This document shows, piece by piece, positions 10,174 to 19,797 of a DNA stretch of 64,000 bases (positions are counted from its first letter, which is position 1; each line of letters opens with the position of its first letter). The position numbers and the translations under genes were made by a program. The DNA is from an uncultured Alphaproteobacteria bacterium (GTDB lineage: Bacteria > Pseudomonadota > Alphaproteobacteria > HIMB59 > GCA-002718135). Where the stretch lies: NCBI GenBank assembly GCA_902614085.1, contig CACMJS010000003.1:84945-148944 (forward strand). Reading direction: 5' to 3'. The notes beneath the pieces were generated by a model. The model was not told the origin of the DNA and made no database searches. It was given only the letters and a program-made list of their open reading frames with translations.

Positions 10174-10964
10174 TTGTGATTAAAAAAAAATAATTGTTTT
10201 CCATTTACTCGATAATTATTAATTAATTTTTTTGCTTCTTCTGATGTAATCCAATCAATATATTTTTTAGCTTCTTTAATATTTAAATTATCATTTAACT
10301 TTTTGTTTACTAAAATTATTCCATATTGATTAAATAATGGTGGTAAATTTTCACAGACAATTTGTAAATTTTCTTTTTTATTGAAAGCTATCCAAGTACT
10401 ACGATCACTGAGAGTGTAAGCTTTTTTTTGATTGGCTATTAACAATGTAGATCCCATTCCCTGACCTACACTGAGATACCAATTTTCTTTAAATGGTATA
10501 TTTATATTTGATAATTCCCAAAGCTCTTTCTCCTTTTTGTGTGTTCCACTCTCATCACCTCTTGATACAAATAATAATTTTGATTTTTTAATTTCAATCA
10601 TTTTATTTTCAATTGAAGAACATGTTTCGTTATCTTTTTTTGGTCCTATCAAGACAAAATCATTATACATCAAATCATATCTTAGCGCGCCATATCCATT
10701 ATTCATAAATTCTAGCTCTGATTTTTTATGATGAACTAATAAAATTTCTACATTTCCATCCATTGCAACTTTAATTGCTTGACCTGTTCCAAGAGATAAT
10801 GCTCTCACTTTTATTTTAAATTTTTTTTCAAATTCTTTGTTAATATATTCTAATAAACCTGTATCGTGTGTAGAAGTTGTGCTTGCTATGGTTATATGTT
10901 TATCATTAGCTAGAGTATTCTTAATCAAGAATATTAAAATAAATATAAGTAAAACTCTAATCAT
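10170..10964 (-). CDS. periplasmic substrate-binding protein, tungstate/oxyanion (TupA-like) type
   Basis: Signal peptide, then ITIASTTSTHDTGLLEYI and SRGDESGTH motifs typical of the TupA/PBP-like 2 family. No adjacent permease or ATPase. Confidence 0.6.
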   Translation of the reverse strand: MIRVLLIFILIFLIKNTLANDKHITIASTTSTHDTGLLEYINKEFEKKFKIKVRALSLGTGQAIKVAMDGNVEILLVHHKKSELEFMNNGYGALRYDLMYNDFVLIGPKKDNETCSSIENKMIEIKKSKLLFVSRGDESGTHKKEKELWELSNINIPFKENWYLSVGQGMGSTLLIANQKKAYTLSDRSTWIAFNKKENLQIVCENLPPLFNQYGIILVNKKLNDNLNIKEAKKYIDWITSEEAKKLINNYRVNGKQLFFFNHN

Positions 10965-11024
10965 AAAACTTGATACATCTTATAATACTTACTAAATATA
11001 TTTATATATTTTGAAAGGATAGTT

Positions 11025-11210
11025 ATGAAAATTATTAAAGTTTTAGAAAAAACTGAATTAGTAATAGTCGATTTAGAGGTAAATTTAGGTAAAGAAAAAA
11101 GAAATGGTTTAACATTATGTGTTAAATATAATGGTGATTATTATCCATTAAATACTGCACATGATGGAAGGCCAATTTTAATGAATAAAGATAATATAAT
11201 TAAAAATTAA
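11025..11210 (+). CDS. hypothetical small protein (61 aa)
   Basis: ORF with an AAAGGA Shine-Dalgarno-like sequence 6 nt upstream. No recognisable motif. Confidence 0.35.
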   Translation: MKIIKVLEKTELVIVDLEVNLGKEKRNGLTLCVKYNGDYYPLNTAHDGRPILMNKDNIIKN

Positions 11211-11547
11211 AATTTAATTTTTTAATTATAAACATAAAAATAGCATAAGCTATTGCAGTGCTAATTATTGAAACTATCAGAGAGAAAACAAAGTTTTGTT
11301 TAAATTTTAAAAGTATTGGTAAAACAATAAAAAATACTATTGAAGGTACAGTCATAACAATTGTACTATAAGAGAGGTCTATAACTTTTTGATAGTCTTT
11401 TGTATCCCAATACAACCAAACAAATGCCAATAGTGAAGTTAATGGTAAAGAAACAATAATTGCAGCAGTCCAAGTATATTTTTTAGCTATTTCTGAAACA
11501 GCAACAATTATAATTGCACTGATTAGTGTCTTAAGAATTATGTACAT
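11200..11547 (-). CDS. small integral membrane protein (about 4 TM, DUF3147-like)
   Basis: Four hydrophobic segments. Overlaps the end of the upstream DMT gene, suggesting co-transcription. Confidence 0.5.
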   Translation of the reverse strand: MYIILKTLISAIIIVAVSEIAKKYTWTAAIIVSLPLTSLLAFVWLYWDTKDYQKVIDLSYSTIVMTVPSIVFFIVLPILLKFKQNFVFSLIVSIISTAIAYAIFMFIIKKLNFNF

Positions 11548-12406
11548 TTTTACTCACATTGGTTCGAGTTGCTATATAAACACCAAAAGTACAAATTAAC
11601 AACCCTATAATATCTATTAATAATAATTTTTCATCTAATACAAACCAGGCCATTACAGCTGTAGTTGGAGGTACTAGAAAGAAGAGGCTTGATGTTTTAG
11701 AAGCTGTTCCATTTTTTATCAAGTACATTAGAATTGCGTAAGCTCCAAAGGATACCATAATTATTTGCCAAGAAATTGATAAAATAAAACGTGTATCAAA
11801 ATTAATAAATGATATTTCAAAAAAAAGTGAAATTATAAATAAAAATATTCCAGCACTTAATGCTTGATAAAAATTATTAACTGAAAGACTGATTTCATGA
11901 GTAAATTTTTTTTGCCAAATAGTAGCTGAAGTTGCTCCTAAAAGCGCAACAATAGAAGCAATAACACCTATTATCGGGATTTCTGTTCCAATATCATAAC
12001 CTATAACTAATATAGTACCTAAAAAACCAAAAAATATTCCTATCCATTGCGTAACAGTAACTTTTTCTTTTAAAATAGGTCCACTTAAAATATTTGTTAA
12101 AATAGGTTGGAGGCATACAATTAACGCAGATAATGTTGCAGTAAGTCCCATAGAATAAGAAAAAAATACTCCACCTAAATAAAATCCATGAAAAAGAATT
12201 CCAGTAATCATAGCTTGAAAGATTAAATTTCGATTTATTCTTATTCTTTCCTTAAAAATAATAGAAAAAATTAAAAAAAATGCACTTACAATACAAAACC
12301 TAAAACATAGTGCTGCAAAAGGGCTTGCTGATTGCACAATAAATTGACCACTTATAAAAGCACTACTCCAAAAAAAGATAAATAGATATGAAAGATATAG
12401 GTTCAT
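11531..12406 (-). CDS. DMT-superfamily (EamA-like) transporter
   Basis: About 10 TM segments with two EamA-type halves; size about 290 aa. Confidence 0.75.
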   Translation of the reverse strand: MNLYLSYLFIFFWSSAFISGQFIVQSASPFAALCFRFCIVSAFFLIFSIIFKERIRINRNLIFQAMITGILFHGFYLGGVFFSYSMGLTATLSALIVCLQPILTNILSGPILKEKVTVTQWIGIFFGFLGTILVIGYDIGTEIPIIGVIASIVALLGATSATIWQKKFTHEISLSVNNFYQALSAGIFLFIISLFFEISFINFDTRFILSISWQIIMVSFGAYAILMYLIKNGTASKTSSLFFLVPPTTAVMAWFVLDEKLLLIDIIGLLICTFGVYIATRTNVSKNVHNS

Positions 12407-12466
12407 TATAAATAATAATTCTATTCTTTATTTATAAATGTTATGAAAATTTATTCATAGAATAAA

Positions 12467-12868
12467 ATGCTTAGCAATAAAATCAATTTTTTTTGTCCAA
12501 ATTGTAGTTCAGATAAATATATTGGTAAAACTACTATAGGAAAAAACTATAAAGATGAACCATATAAAAATGTAACATCTGAAATACAATGCGCTAAGTG
12601 TTTTATGGATATTCCATCAATTATTTCAGAAAATATTTCTCCTGATAAGCAAAATGAAATGTCCAAACTTTGGAATGAAATATATAAACCATCACATAAA
12701 GAAAATGCTGCACAATGTTCAAAATGTTTTAGGTATTATTGGGAAATAGAAAAATATTTATCTGAAAATAATATTTCTGCAAAAGATATTTTCTATCAAA
12801 CTTATAATCCTAAAAAATCAATTGGAGATTTAATTTGTAAGATTTGTGATCCATCATCTTTTAAATAA
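12467..12868 (+). CDS. hypothetical Cys-rich protein with four CxxC pairs (two predicted zinc ribbons)
   Basis: CPNC, CAKC, CSKC and CKIC pairs spaced through a 133-aa soluble protein. Confidence 0.5.
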   Translation: MLSNKINFFCPNCSSDKYIGKTTIGKNYKDEPYKNVTSEIQCAKCFMDIPSIISENISPDKQNEMSKLWNEIYKPSHKENAAQCSKCFRYYWEIEKYLSENNISAKDIFYQTYNPKKSIGDLICKICDPSSFK

Positions 12869-12873
12869 AATTA

Positions 12874-13728
12874 ATGTTAGCATATATTCTTAATATATCA
12901 GGTTGGCTGTTATTACCTTTCATGGATGGTATTGCAAAATATCTATCTTCAGAAATACATTTCATACAAGTTGTTTGGGGTAGATATTTTTTTATGCTTT
13001 TAGTCAGTTTTCCACTAGCATTTATATTTTTTAGAAAAGAAATTAGTTTTCCTAAAACAATTTCAGTACAGCTATTTAGAAGTTTTTTTTTATTTTTATC
13101 TACCGTTTTTTTCTTTTATGCAATTTCAGTTATAACTTTAGCAGAAGCTTTAACACTTGCATTTATCTCTCCAATAATAGTGACAATATTATCAATTTTT
13201 TATTTAAAAGAAAAAGTTGGAATTCATCGATGGACTGCAGTTTTGATTGGGTTTTTTGGTGTTATGATCATTATAAGACCAGGTTTTATAGAAATTAATT
13301 TCGCATCTTTTGCAGCTATTGCAGCAGGAATTTCATACGCTTTTTACATAATTTATACTCGAAAATTATCTTTTACAGATAGTGCTGTTGTTACTTTGCT
13401 TTTTACAGGTATCGTAGGTTGTATTTTTATATCTCTTATTGTTCCTTTTTACTGGATAAATTTAGATTTAAGACAATTATTATTACTTATCTCATTAGCT
13501 TCAATTGGAACTTTAGGACATTTTTTAATAATTCTTTCTTTAAGGCTTGGAGAAGCTTCTAAACTAGCTCCTTTGGGTTATTTTGAGATCTCCACAAATA
13601 TACTTGTTGGATATGCCTTCTTCGGTGATTTGCCTGATATTTGGATTTATTTAGGATTATCTTTGATTGTTTTTAGCGGTATTTATATTTTTATTAGAGA
13701 AAGAAGAGAGATTAAAAAAACTAATTAG
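12874..13728 (+). CDS. DMT-superfamily (EamA-like) transporter
   Basis: About 10 TM segments, including the conserved-type segment LKEKVGIHRWTAVLIGFFGVMIIIRPG. Confidence 0.8.
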   Translation: MLAYILNISGWLLLPFMDGIAKYLSSEIHFIQVVWGRYFFMLLVSFPLAFIFFRKEISFPKTISVQLFRSFFLFLSTVFFFYAISVITLAEALTLAFISPIIVTILSIFYLKEKVGIHRWTAVLIGFFGVMIIIRPGFIEINFASFAAIAAGISYAFYIIYTRKLSFTDSAVVTLLFTGIVGCIFISLIVPFYWINLDLRQLLLLISLASIGTLGHFLIILSLRLGEASKLAPLGYFEISTNILVGYAFFGDLPDIWIYLGLSLIVFSGIYIFIRERREIKKTN

Positions 13729-14575
13729 TTTTTCTAGTTGTTTGATAAATAAATATTGTAACAGATCCAAGCAGTAGGGCTCCCCCTATAATTGTATTTA
13801 GAGGAGGAATTTCATTTATAACAAACCAAACCCAAGCAGTACCTAAAACACTTTCTAATAAAAATATTAGAGCTACTTCATGTGCTGGAGCAAATTTAGG
13901 AGAAATTGTTAAAATCATAAATGGAATAGGAAGTATTAATAAGCACATTATAAAAAGAAATAAAATTTGATCATTATTTAAATTAAAATTAATTCCAAAA
14001 GGTAGAGCGTAAAGAGCTGATATTAAACATCCTAATAAACATGCAGGTACCAAATCTTTATTTTTAAATAATCTAACAAGAACCATACTAAAACCCATTC
14101 CTATTGCTACAATTAGAGCCATAATATCTCCGTATAAACCTGTACTTGTAAAGCTTCCTATTCCAATTATTATCATTGCAAGCATAGCAATTAAAATCAC
14201 TATCCATGTAAAAAGACTAGGTATTTCTTTAAGTATAAAAACTGAAAATAATGCAGCAAAAATAGGAGCTGATGCAATTAGAACTAATGTATTAGCTACA
14301 GCAGTATTTTGAATTGAATATACAAAACAAATATGAGTTATAGCATAGAGAATAGCGTAGATTATCCCTGGCACACCAATTAGATAAAATGATTTAAGAA
14401 AAGATCTTTTGTAAGTATAAATGAGAAAAATTAGTATCGTGACAATTGGTAAAGCGCTTCTATAAAATATTAAACTAAAATCATCTAAATTTACTAATCT
14501 AATAAATAAACTATCAGGGCTAAGTATTAAAACCCCTACAAATGATAGTATAAGCCCCTTATTTCTTGTTTTCAT
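13721..14575 (-). CDS. DMT-superfamily (EamA-like) transporter
   Basis: About 10 TM segments with a two-repeat architecture. Converges on and overlaps the 3' end of the previous DMT gene. Confidence 0.75.
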   Translation of the reverse strand: MKTRNKGLILSFVGVLILSPDSLFIRLVNLDDFSLIFYRSALPIVTILIFLIYTYKRSFLKSFYLIGVPGIIYAILYAITHICFVYSIQNTAVANTLVLIASAPIFAALFSVFILKEIPSLFTWIVILIAMLAMIIIGIGSFTSTGLYGDIMALIVAIGMGFSMVLVRLFKNKDLVPACLLGCLISALYALPFGINFNLNNDQILFLFIMCLLILPIPFMILTISPKFAPAHEVALIFLLESVLGTAWVWFVINEIPPLNTIIGGALLLGSVTIFIYQTTRKTN

Positions 14576-14643
14576 AAATATTTGAAAATAAATAGATTAT
14601 TAATATATCTATCAGTATCGTTCTTTAATTCACACTTGTTTTT

Positions 14644-15051
14644 ATGAAAAAATTACTTTTTTTATGTTTTATTTTTTTATCACTAAATACTCACGCCTTA
14701 GATTCAAATAAATTAATAAACCTCGATGATTTAAAAATACTTTTTGATCTTCAAAAGAATGATTGGAACGAAAATGTTCTTTTTCTCATAAAAAAGAATT
14801 CATTTTCTAAAGTAGATAATGACTCAGATGTATTTTATTTAAAATCAATATTTAATGATGGCGAAATAATTACAATGCCAATTTTTTCTAAGGATACTGT
14901 TGAAAAAATTATATTTGAATATATTTTTTTAGATTATAATAAAAAAAATTTAAAAATTATAAATAATCATTTTAATTCGTTTAAAAATTTTTGTTTTGAA
15001 TATCTCTATAATGAAAAGTCTATACAAGTAGTTATTACTAAATGTAATTAA
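14644..15051 (+). CDS. hypothetical secreted protein
   Basis: N-terminal signal peptide MKKLLFLCFIFLSLNTHA. No recognisable domain. Confidence 0.45.
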   Translation: MKKLLFLCFIFLSLNTHALDSNKLINLDDLKILFDLQKNDWNENVLFLIKKNSFSKVDNDSDVFYLKSIFNDGEIITMPIFSKDTVEKIIFEYIFLDYNKKNLKIINNHFNSFKNFCFEYLYNEKSIQVVITKCN

Positions 15052-15956
15052 TTAAAAACCATTGATGTAGCTTTAAAAATTAAACTATGTCTTTTAGCTA
15101 ATTCTAATTTATCATTTGAATATCCACCACCTATTACTGTCGCAACAGGAATTGATTTATTTTTAAAAAATTCTAACACTGTAATATCTCTTTTTAATAA
15201 TCCTTCAGTTGTTATTTTTAAATTTCCTAATTTATCATTCTCATGAATATCAACTCCAGTATCAAAAATTACTAAATCAGGATTAAAATTTTTTATACAA
15301 CTATTAAGAGTTTGATATAATATTTCTAAATATTCATTATCTTCTAAATTATCTTCTAATTCAACATCCATGTCACTTATTGATTTTCTAAATGGAAAAT
15401 TATTTTTACAATGAATAGAACATGTAAAAATTTTATCATTATCTTTAAGGATTGAGGCTGTACCATCTCCTTGATGCACATCAGTGTCAAAAATTAATAT
15501 TTTTTTTACTTGATGGGTTCTTATTAAATGTAATGAAGCATAAGCCAAATCGTTAAAAACACAGTATCCTGAACCAAAATCTCTATGACTATGGTGAGTT
15601 CCACCTGCTAAATGATTTGCTATACCATTCGTAATTGCTTCTTTGCATGTTAATAGAGTTCCATTAACTGCTAAAAAGGAGCGATTAGAAAGTGTTTCTG
15701 ACCATTTAAAACCCAATCTTCTTATTTCTTTATCGGACAAAGTACCATTTTTAATTTTTAATACGTAATCTAAATCATGACATATAGAAACTTCATCAAC
15801 ACTTGATTTTTGAGGACTTAGAATTTTTGCACGATGATAAAAATCTGAAGTTTTTAATTCATTATATAAATCTGAAAACTTACTGGCAGTAAATTTATGA
15901 TTTTCAGGCAGAGGAATGTCATAATCTTCGTGTGTTACCCAACTGATTTTTTTCAT
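15048..15956 (-). CDS. histone deacetylase-family (arginase-fold) deacetylase/amidohydrolase
   Basis: Motifs GGTHHSHRDFGSGYCVFND, DTDVHQGDG and GGGY are characteristic of the HDAC/AcuC/APAH family. Confidence 0.85.
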   Translation of the reverse strand: MKKISWVTHEDYDIPLPENHKFTASKFSDLYNELKTSDFYHRAKILSPQKSSVDEVSICHDLDYVLKIKNGTLSDKEIRRLGFKWSETLSNRSFLAVNGTLLTCKEAITNGIANHLAGGTHHSHRDFGSGYCVFNDLAYASLHLIRTHQVKKILIFDTDVHQGDGTASILKDNDKIFTCSIHCKNNFPFRKSISDMDVELEDNLEDNEYLEILYQTLNSCIKNFNPDLVIFDTGVDIHENDKLGNLKITTEGLLKRDITVLEFFKNKSIPVATVIGGGYSNDKLELAKRHSLIFKATSMVFN

Positions 15957-16188
15957 AAATTTGCCTCTTTTTAACTCAATTTATGCCTAAATTAATTTGT
16001 ACATAGTTTATGTGGCACTAATCTACCAATATATATTTAGTGAGTAAATGTATTCTATCCATAAAGAATTAGTGTCACAACCAATATGGAATTTGTTTTA
16101 ATATTTGATTTATTAATTATTTGTTTAATTGGTTTTTTTATTGTCAATTTTTATTGAATTAATAATCAATTTAAATAATATTTTAAGA

Positions 16189-16968
16189 ATGAAAGATTTT
16201 TATGATCTAAATGGCTATTTTTCACCATTAAAAATTTATAATGCAAAAGAAGCAAATTTTTTTAGAAATAAATTAGAAGACTCAGAAAAAAAATTAGGTA
16301 AACTTCATTATATTGTGAAAACTTATACAATAATGAAATGGGTGTATAAAATAGCAACTAATAAAATATTGCTTGATTTTGTTGAAGAAATAATTGGTAA
16401 AAATATATTATTATATAATGCAACTTTTATAATAAAAGAACCAAACACTAAAACACACGTAAGTTGGCATCAAGATCTTACCTATTGGGGCTTTGATAAT
16501 AATGAAAAACAAGTAAGTGCATGGTTAGCTTTATCCAAAGCTAATGATCAAAGTGGTTGTATGAAAATGATTCCAGGTTCCCATAAAAATGGATTTTTTG
16601 AACATCATTCAACTGAAGATAAAAATAATGTTTTATCTAGAGGTCAAACTGTAAAAGATATTGATATAAATAAAGCAGTATCATGTCCGTTAGAACCTGG
16701 TGAAGTTTCCTTTCATCATGGTCTAACATTACACGCATCTCAACCTAATTCTAGCAATGACAGAAGAATAGGATTAAATTTTCAATTTATTTCTACTGAT
16801 ATGAAACAACTAAAAAGCAAAAATGATAGCGCTATTTGTGTAAGAGGAGAAGATAAGTATAAAAATTTTAAGACAGATCAAGTAGCTAAAAATGACTTTG
16901 ATCATGAAGCTTATCAACATCTTTTAATATTAAATAATCATTATAATGAAACAATAAGAAAAAATTAA
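16189..16968 (+). CDS. phytanoyl-CoA dioxygenase (PhyH)-family Fe(II)/2OG oxygenase
   Basis: WHQD (HxD) and a distal HHGLTLHAS His; PhyH-like length. I chose the ATG at 16189 rather than the TTG at 16129, whose 20 extra codons are hydrophobic filler in an intergenic region. Confidence 0.7.
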   Translation: MKDFYDLNGYFSPLKIYNAKEANFFRNKLEDSEKKLGKLHYIVKTYTIMKWVYKIATNKILLDFVEEIIGKNILLYNATFIIKEPNTKTHVSWHQDLTYWGFDNNEKQVSAWLALSKANDQSGCMKMIPGSHKNGFFEHHSTEDKNNVLSRGQTVKDIDINKAVSCPLEPGEVSFHHGLTLHASQPNSSNDRRIGLNFQFISTDMKQLKSKNDSAICVRGEDKYKNFKTDQVAKNDFDHEAYQHLLILNNHYNETIRKN

Positions 16969-17030
16969 TATTTATTTATTAGAATCTGAAATAAGAGATC
17001 TAAAAATTAACTTCTATTTAATCAAATCAT

Positions 17031-17942
17031 ATGAATGTTTTATCTGGAATTAGTATCGGATTTATTGGTTACACGATATTTGTCATTTTAGATACAATAA
17101 TTAAAAAATACCTAGTTAATGAATATTCTGTTTTTCAAATAAATTTTTATATTTGTCTTTTTAGTTTTATACCAACACTATTAACTCTTTATTTTCTAAA
17201 CAAATGGAGCTCACTAAAAAATGATATTATTCATATACAGCTTCTTAGAGGATTATTTGGATTAATTTCAGGGGCTTTAGTAGTTTATTCATTTAGAGAA
17301 CATGCATTTAGTGAAATTTACCCAATATTATTTAGTGCTCCATTAATGATAACAATGTTATCCCATTTTTTTTTAGAAGAAAAAGTTGGTATTAGAAGAT
17401 GGTCAGCGGTAACAGTTGGATTTATTGGTGTATTAATAGTTAGTAGACCTGGCACTATTCATTTTTCATTAAGTCTATTTGGTTTATTTTTTTCCGCATT
17501 ACTAATGGCAATTAATATTACTTTAGTAAGAAAGTATTCAAATAATCAATCATCAATAGCATTTACTTTTTATGCTTTTTTATCTGCAACTATTTTAAAT
17601 GGATTACTTAGTTTTAATAGCCACATCGCATTATCTTTTAATGATCTAATGATACTTGTTTTTTGTGGTATTATTTGTGGAATAGGGGGTAATTGTTTAA
17701 CAATCGCCTCAAAATTTTTAGAGTCTAGTGTTTTTGCTCCTATTCAATATACACAACTAATTTCTGGAGCAATTTTAGGTTATTTATTTTTTGCTGATAT
17801 TCCAGATATTTATGAAATTATAGGATCATTAATTATTGTTGGTAGTGGAATTTATATAATAATTAGAGAAACAAAAATAGGGGTTAGGCCATATATTAAA
17901 CAAGATTCAAGATTTCGTGACCAATTTAATAGAGGTCACTAA
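17031..17942 (+). CDS. DMT-superfamily (EamA-like) transporter
   Basis: About 10 TM segments, including LEEKVGIRRWSAVTVGFIGVLIVSRPG. Confidence 0.8.
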   Translation: MNVLSGISIGFIGYTIFVILDTIIKKYLVNEYSVFQINFYICLFSFIPTLLTLYFLNKWSSLKNDIIHIQLLRGLFGLISGALVVYSFREHAFSEIYPILFSAPLMITMLSHFFLEEKVGIRRWSAVTVGFIGVLIVSRPGTIHFSLSLFGLFFSALLMAINITLVRKYSNNQSSIAFTFYAFLSATILNGLLSFNSHIALSFNDLMILVFCGIICGIGGNCLTIASKFLESSVFAPIQYTQLISGAILGYLFFADIPDIYEIIGSLIIVGSGIYIIIRETKIGVRPYIKQDSRFRDQFNRGH

Positions 17943-17997
17943 ATTAATAATTATAAATCAAAACTTTGTGATAATATTTTAATAGCATAAAATTATT

Positions 17998-19185
17998 ATG
18001 AAAAATTTATTAAATAATAAAAATCCAATAACTTTACTAATTTTATCATCAATAGCCATGCCTATCGCTTTTAGTACTTGGATGGTTTTATTAAATAATT
18101 TCTCAGTTGAAAGAGCAAGTTTCACTGGAGTTGAAATTGGAATACTTCAAAGTATAAGAGAGATACCTGGCTTCCTAGCATTTACTATTATTTTTTTATT
18201 GTTCTATTTTAAAGAGCAATATTTTGCTATTTTTTCTTTAGCCTTAACTGGTTTTGGTGTTGCAATTACAGGTTTCTTACCAACTGTTTATGGTTTGTAT
18301 TTTACAACAATTATTATGAGTACTGGCTTTCATTATTGTGAAACGGCCAAAAATTCTTTGAGTTTACAATGGCTTTCAAAAGAAGAAGCTCCACCAGTTC
18401 TAGGAAAATTAATAGCTGTTAGCTCAATTACGTCTTTATTTTTGTATTGTATAATTTGGAGTTTATTAGAAATCTTTAATTTAGATTATAAGTATATATT
18501 TTTAATTGCAGGATTAATTTGTATTCTTATTTCCATACACCTTTTTATATCCTTTCCTTTTTTTGAAATCAAAAATAAACAACATAAAAAAATAATTCTA
18601 AAAAAAGAATATTCTCTTTACTATATCTTAATTTTTTTATCAGGTGCTAGAAGACAAATTTTTGTAGTTTTTGCAGCATTTTTAATGGTAGAAAAATTTG
18701 GATATTCAGCATCGCAAGTTACTTTATTATTTTTAGTTAATTATATTTTTAATTGGTTTTTTGCAGAACGTATTGGAAAGTTAATAAATATATTTGGTGA
18801 GAAAAAATGTCTTATATTTGAATATATTGGACTCGTTATAGTTTTTACATCTTATGCATTCGTTACTAATGCTTATGTTGCAGCAGGTTTATATATTATT
18901 GATCATATGTTTTTTGCATTAGCTATTGCAATTAATACATATTTTCAAAAAATTGCTGATCCAAAAGATATTGCAAGTACTGCAGGTGTTTCATTTACTA
19001 TCAATCATATAGCTGCAGTATTTATCCCAGTACTTTTAGGATTTGTTTGGATTAATTCTCATTCAATAGTTTTTTTAATTGGATCTTTGTTTGCTCTATT
19101 ATCTTTAATCGCTTCATTTTTTTTACCTAATAATTTATCAAAGATTATTTTAGATGAAAGTAATTTAAAAAAAGTAAGAGTATAA
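17998..19185 (+). CDS. MFS-type transporter
   Basis: About 12 TM segments in two six-helix halves separated by a basic loop (KNKQHKKIILKK). Confidence 0.6.
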   Translation: MKNLLNNKNPITLLILSSIAMPIAFSTWMVLLNNFSVERASFTGVEIGILQSIREIPGFLAFTIIFLLFYFKEQYFAIFSLALTGFGVAITGFLPTVYGLYFTTIIMSTGFHYCETAKNSLSLQWLSKEEAPPVLGKLIAVSSITSLFLYCIIWSLLEIFNLDYKYIFLIAGLICILISIHLFISFPFFEIKNKQHKKIILKKEYSLYYILIFLSGARRQIFVVFAAFLMVEKFGYSASQVTLLFLVNYIFNWFFAERIGKLINIFGEKKCLIFEYIGLVIVFTSYAFVTNAYVAAGLYIIDHMFFALAIAINTYFQKIADPKDIASTAGVSFTINHIAAVFIPVLLGFVWINSHSIVFLIGSLFALLSLIASFFLPNNLSKIILDESNLKKVRV

Positions 19186-19186
19186 T

Positions 19187-19606
19187 TTACGCACCTATAT
19201 AACTAAGAATTATTTTTCTTTTGTATTTACTGTACCTGTGTTCAATTAGATATATTCCCTGCCACATCCCTAATTTCATTTCTTTATTGTTTATAGGAAT
19301 TGTTAATGAGGTTTGAGTAAGCATAGATTTTATGTGAGCAGGCATATCATCATCTCCTTCATAACCGTGTTTATATAATGAAGAATCTTCAGGAACAATT
19401 CTTTGAAAAAAAGAATTAATATCATCTAATACATCAGGGCTAGCATTTTCCATTATTGTTAATGAAGCAGAAGTATGTTCTATAAATAAATTTAGCTGAC
19501 CTTTAATTATATTATTTTTTAGAATCCAATCATGAACATTATTTGTAATTTCATACATTCCCTGTCCATTATTAGAAATTATCAATTCATCTTGTAGATT
19601 TAACAT
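19187..19606 (-). CDS. yjbQ: YjbQ/UPF0047-family protein (secondary thiamine-phosphate synthase)
   Basis: Family signatures HTSASLTI.EN, DDMPAHIK and G.WQGIYL.EHR. Confidence 0.85.
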   Translation of the reverse strand: MLNLQDELIISNNGQGMYEITNNVHDWILKNNIIKGQLNLFIEHTSASLTIMENASPDVLDDINSFFQRIVPEDSSLYKHGYEGDDDMPAHIKSMLTQTSLTIPINNKEMKLGMWQGIYLIEHRYSKYKRKIILSYIGA

Positions 19607-19797
19607 TTTCTAATCTTAAAATGAAGTCGTGGCACCTACAAGGAGAATTATAATGAAAATTAATGTTATGAAAAAAAGAACTATTCTTTTGATAAGTGCC
19701 ACAATTTTTAAAATATAATCAAATTTTGTTTTAATAGAGATATAAATAAGGAAAAATTGTGTTATGATTATCCTAATTCTTTAGCTAGGAATATTAT

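Noticed and set aside
10537-10731. A plus-strand 64-aa ORF inside the TupA-like gene.
   Set aside because: It is a shadow ORF opposite a gene with clear family motifs.
16012-16030. TGGCAC in the intergenic repeats (also at 19630-19635) as the -24 element of a sigma-54 promoter.
   Set aside because: The required -12 TTGC(A/T) is absent at the correct spacing in both cases (TGGCAC-TAATC-TACC and TGGCAC-CTACA-AGGA).
16129-16188. N-terminal extensions offered by the ORF track: 16129 (PhyH), 37551 (transglutaminase), 59805 (ureF), 54768 (DDAH-like), 43909 (GSDH paralog B), 40361 (membrane protein), 35234 and 32225 (TTG one codon before an ATG).
   Set aside because: In each case a downstream ATG has a better SD or stop-start junction, avoids a long overlap with the upstream gene or tRNA, and matches the expected family or paralog N-terminus.
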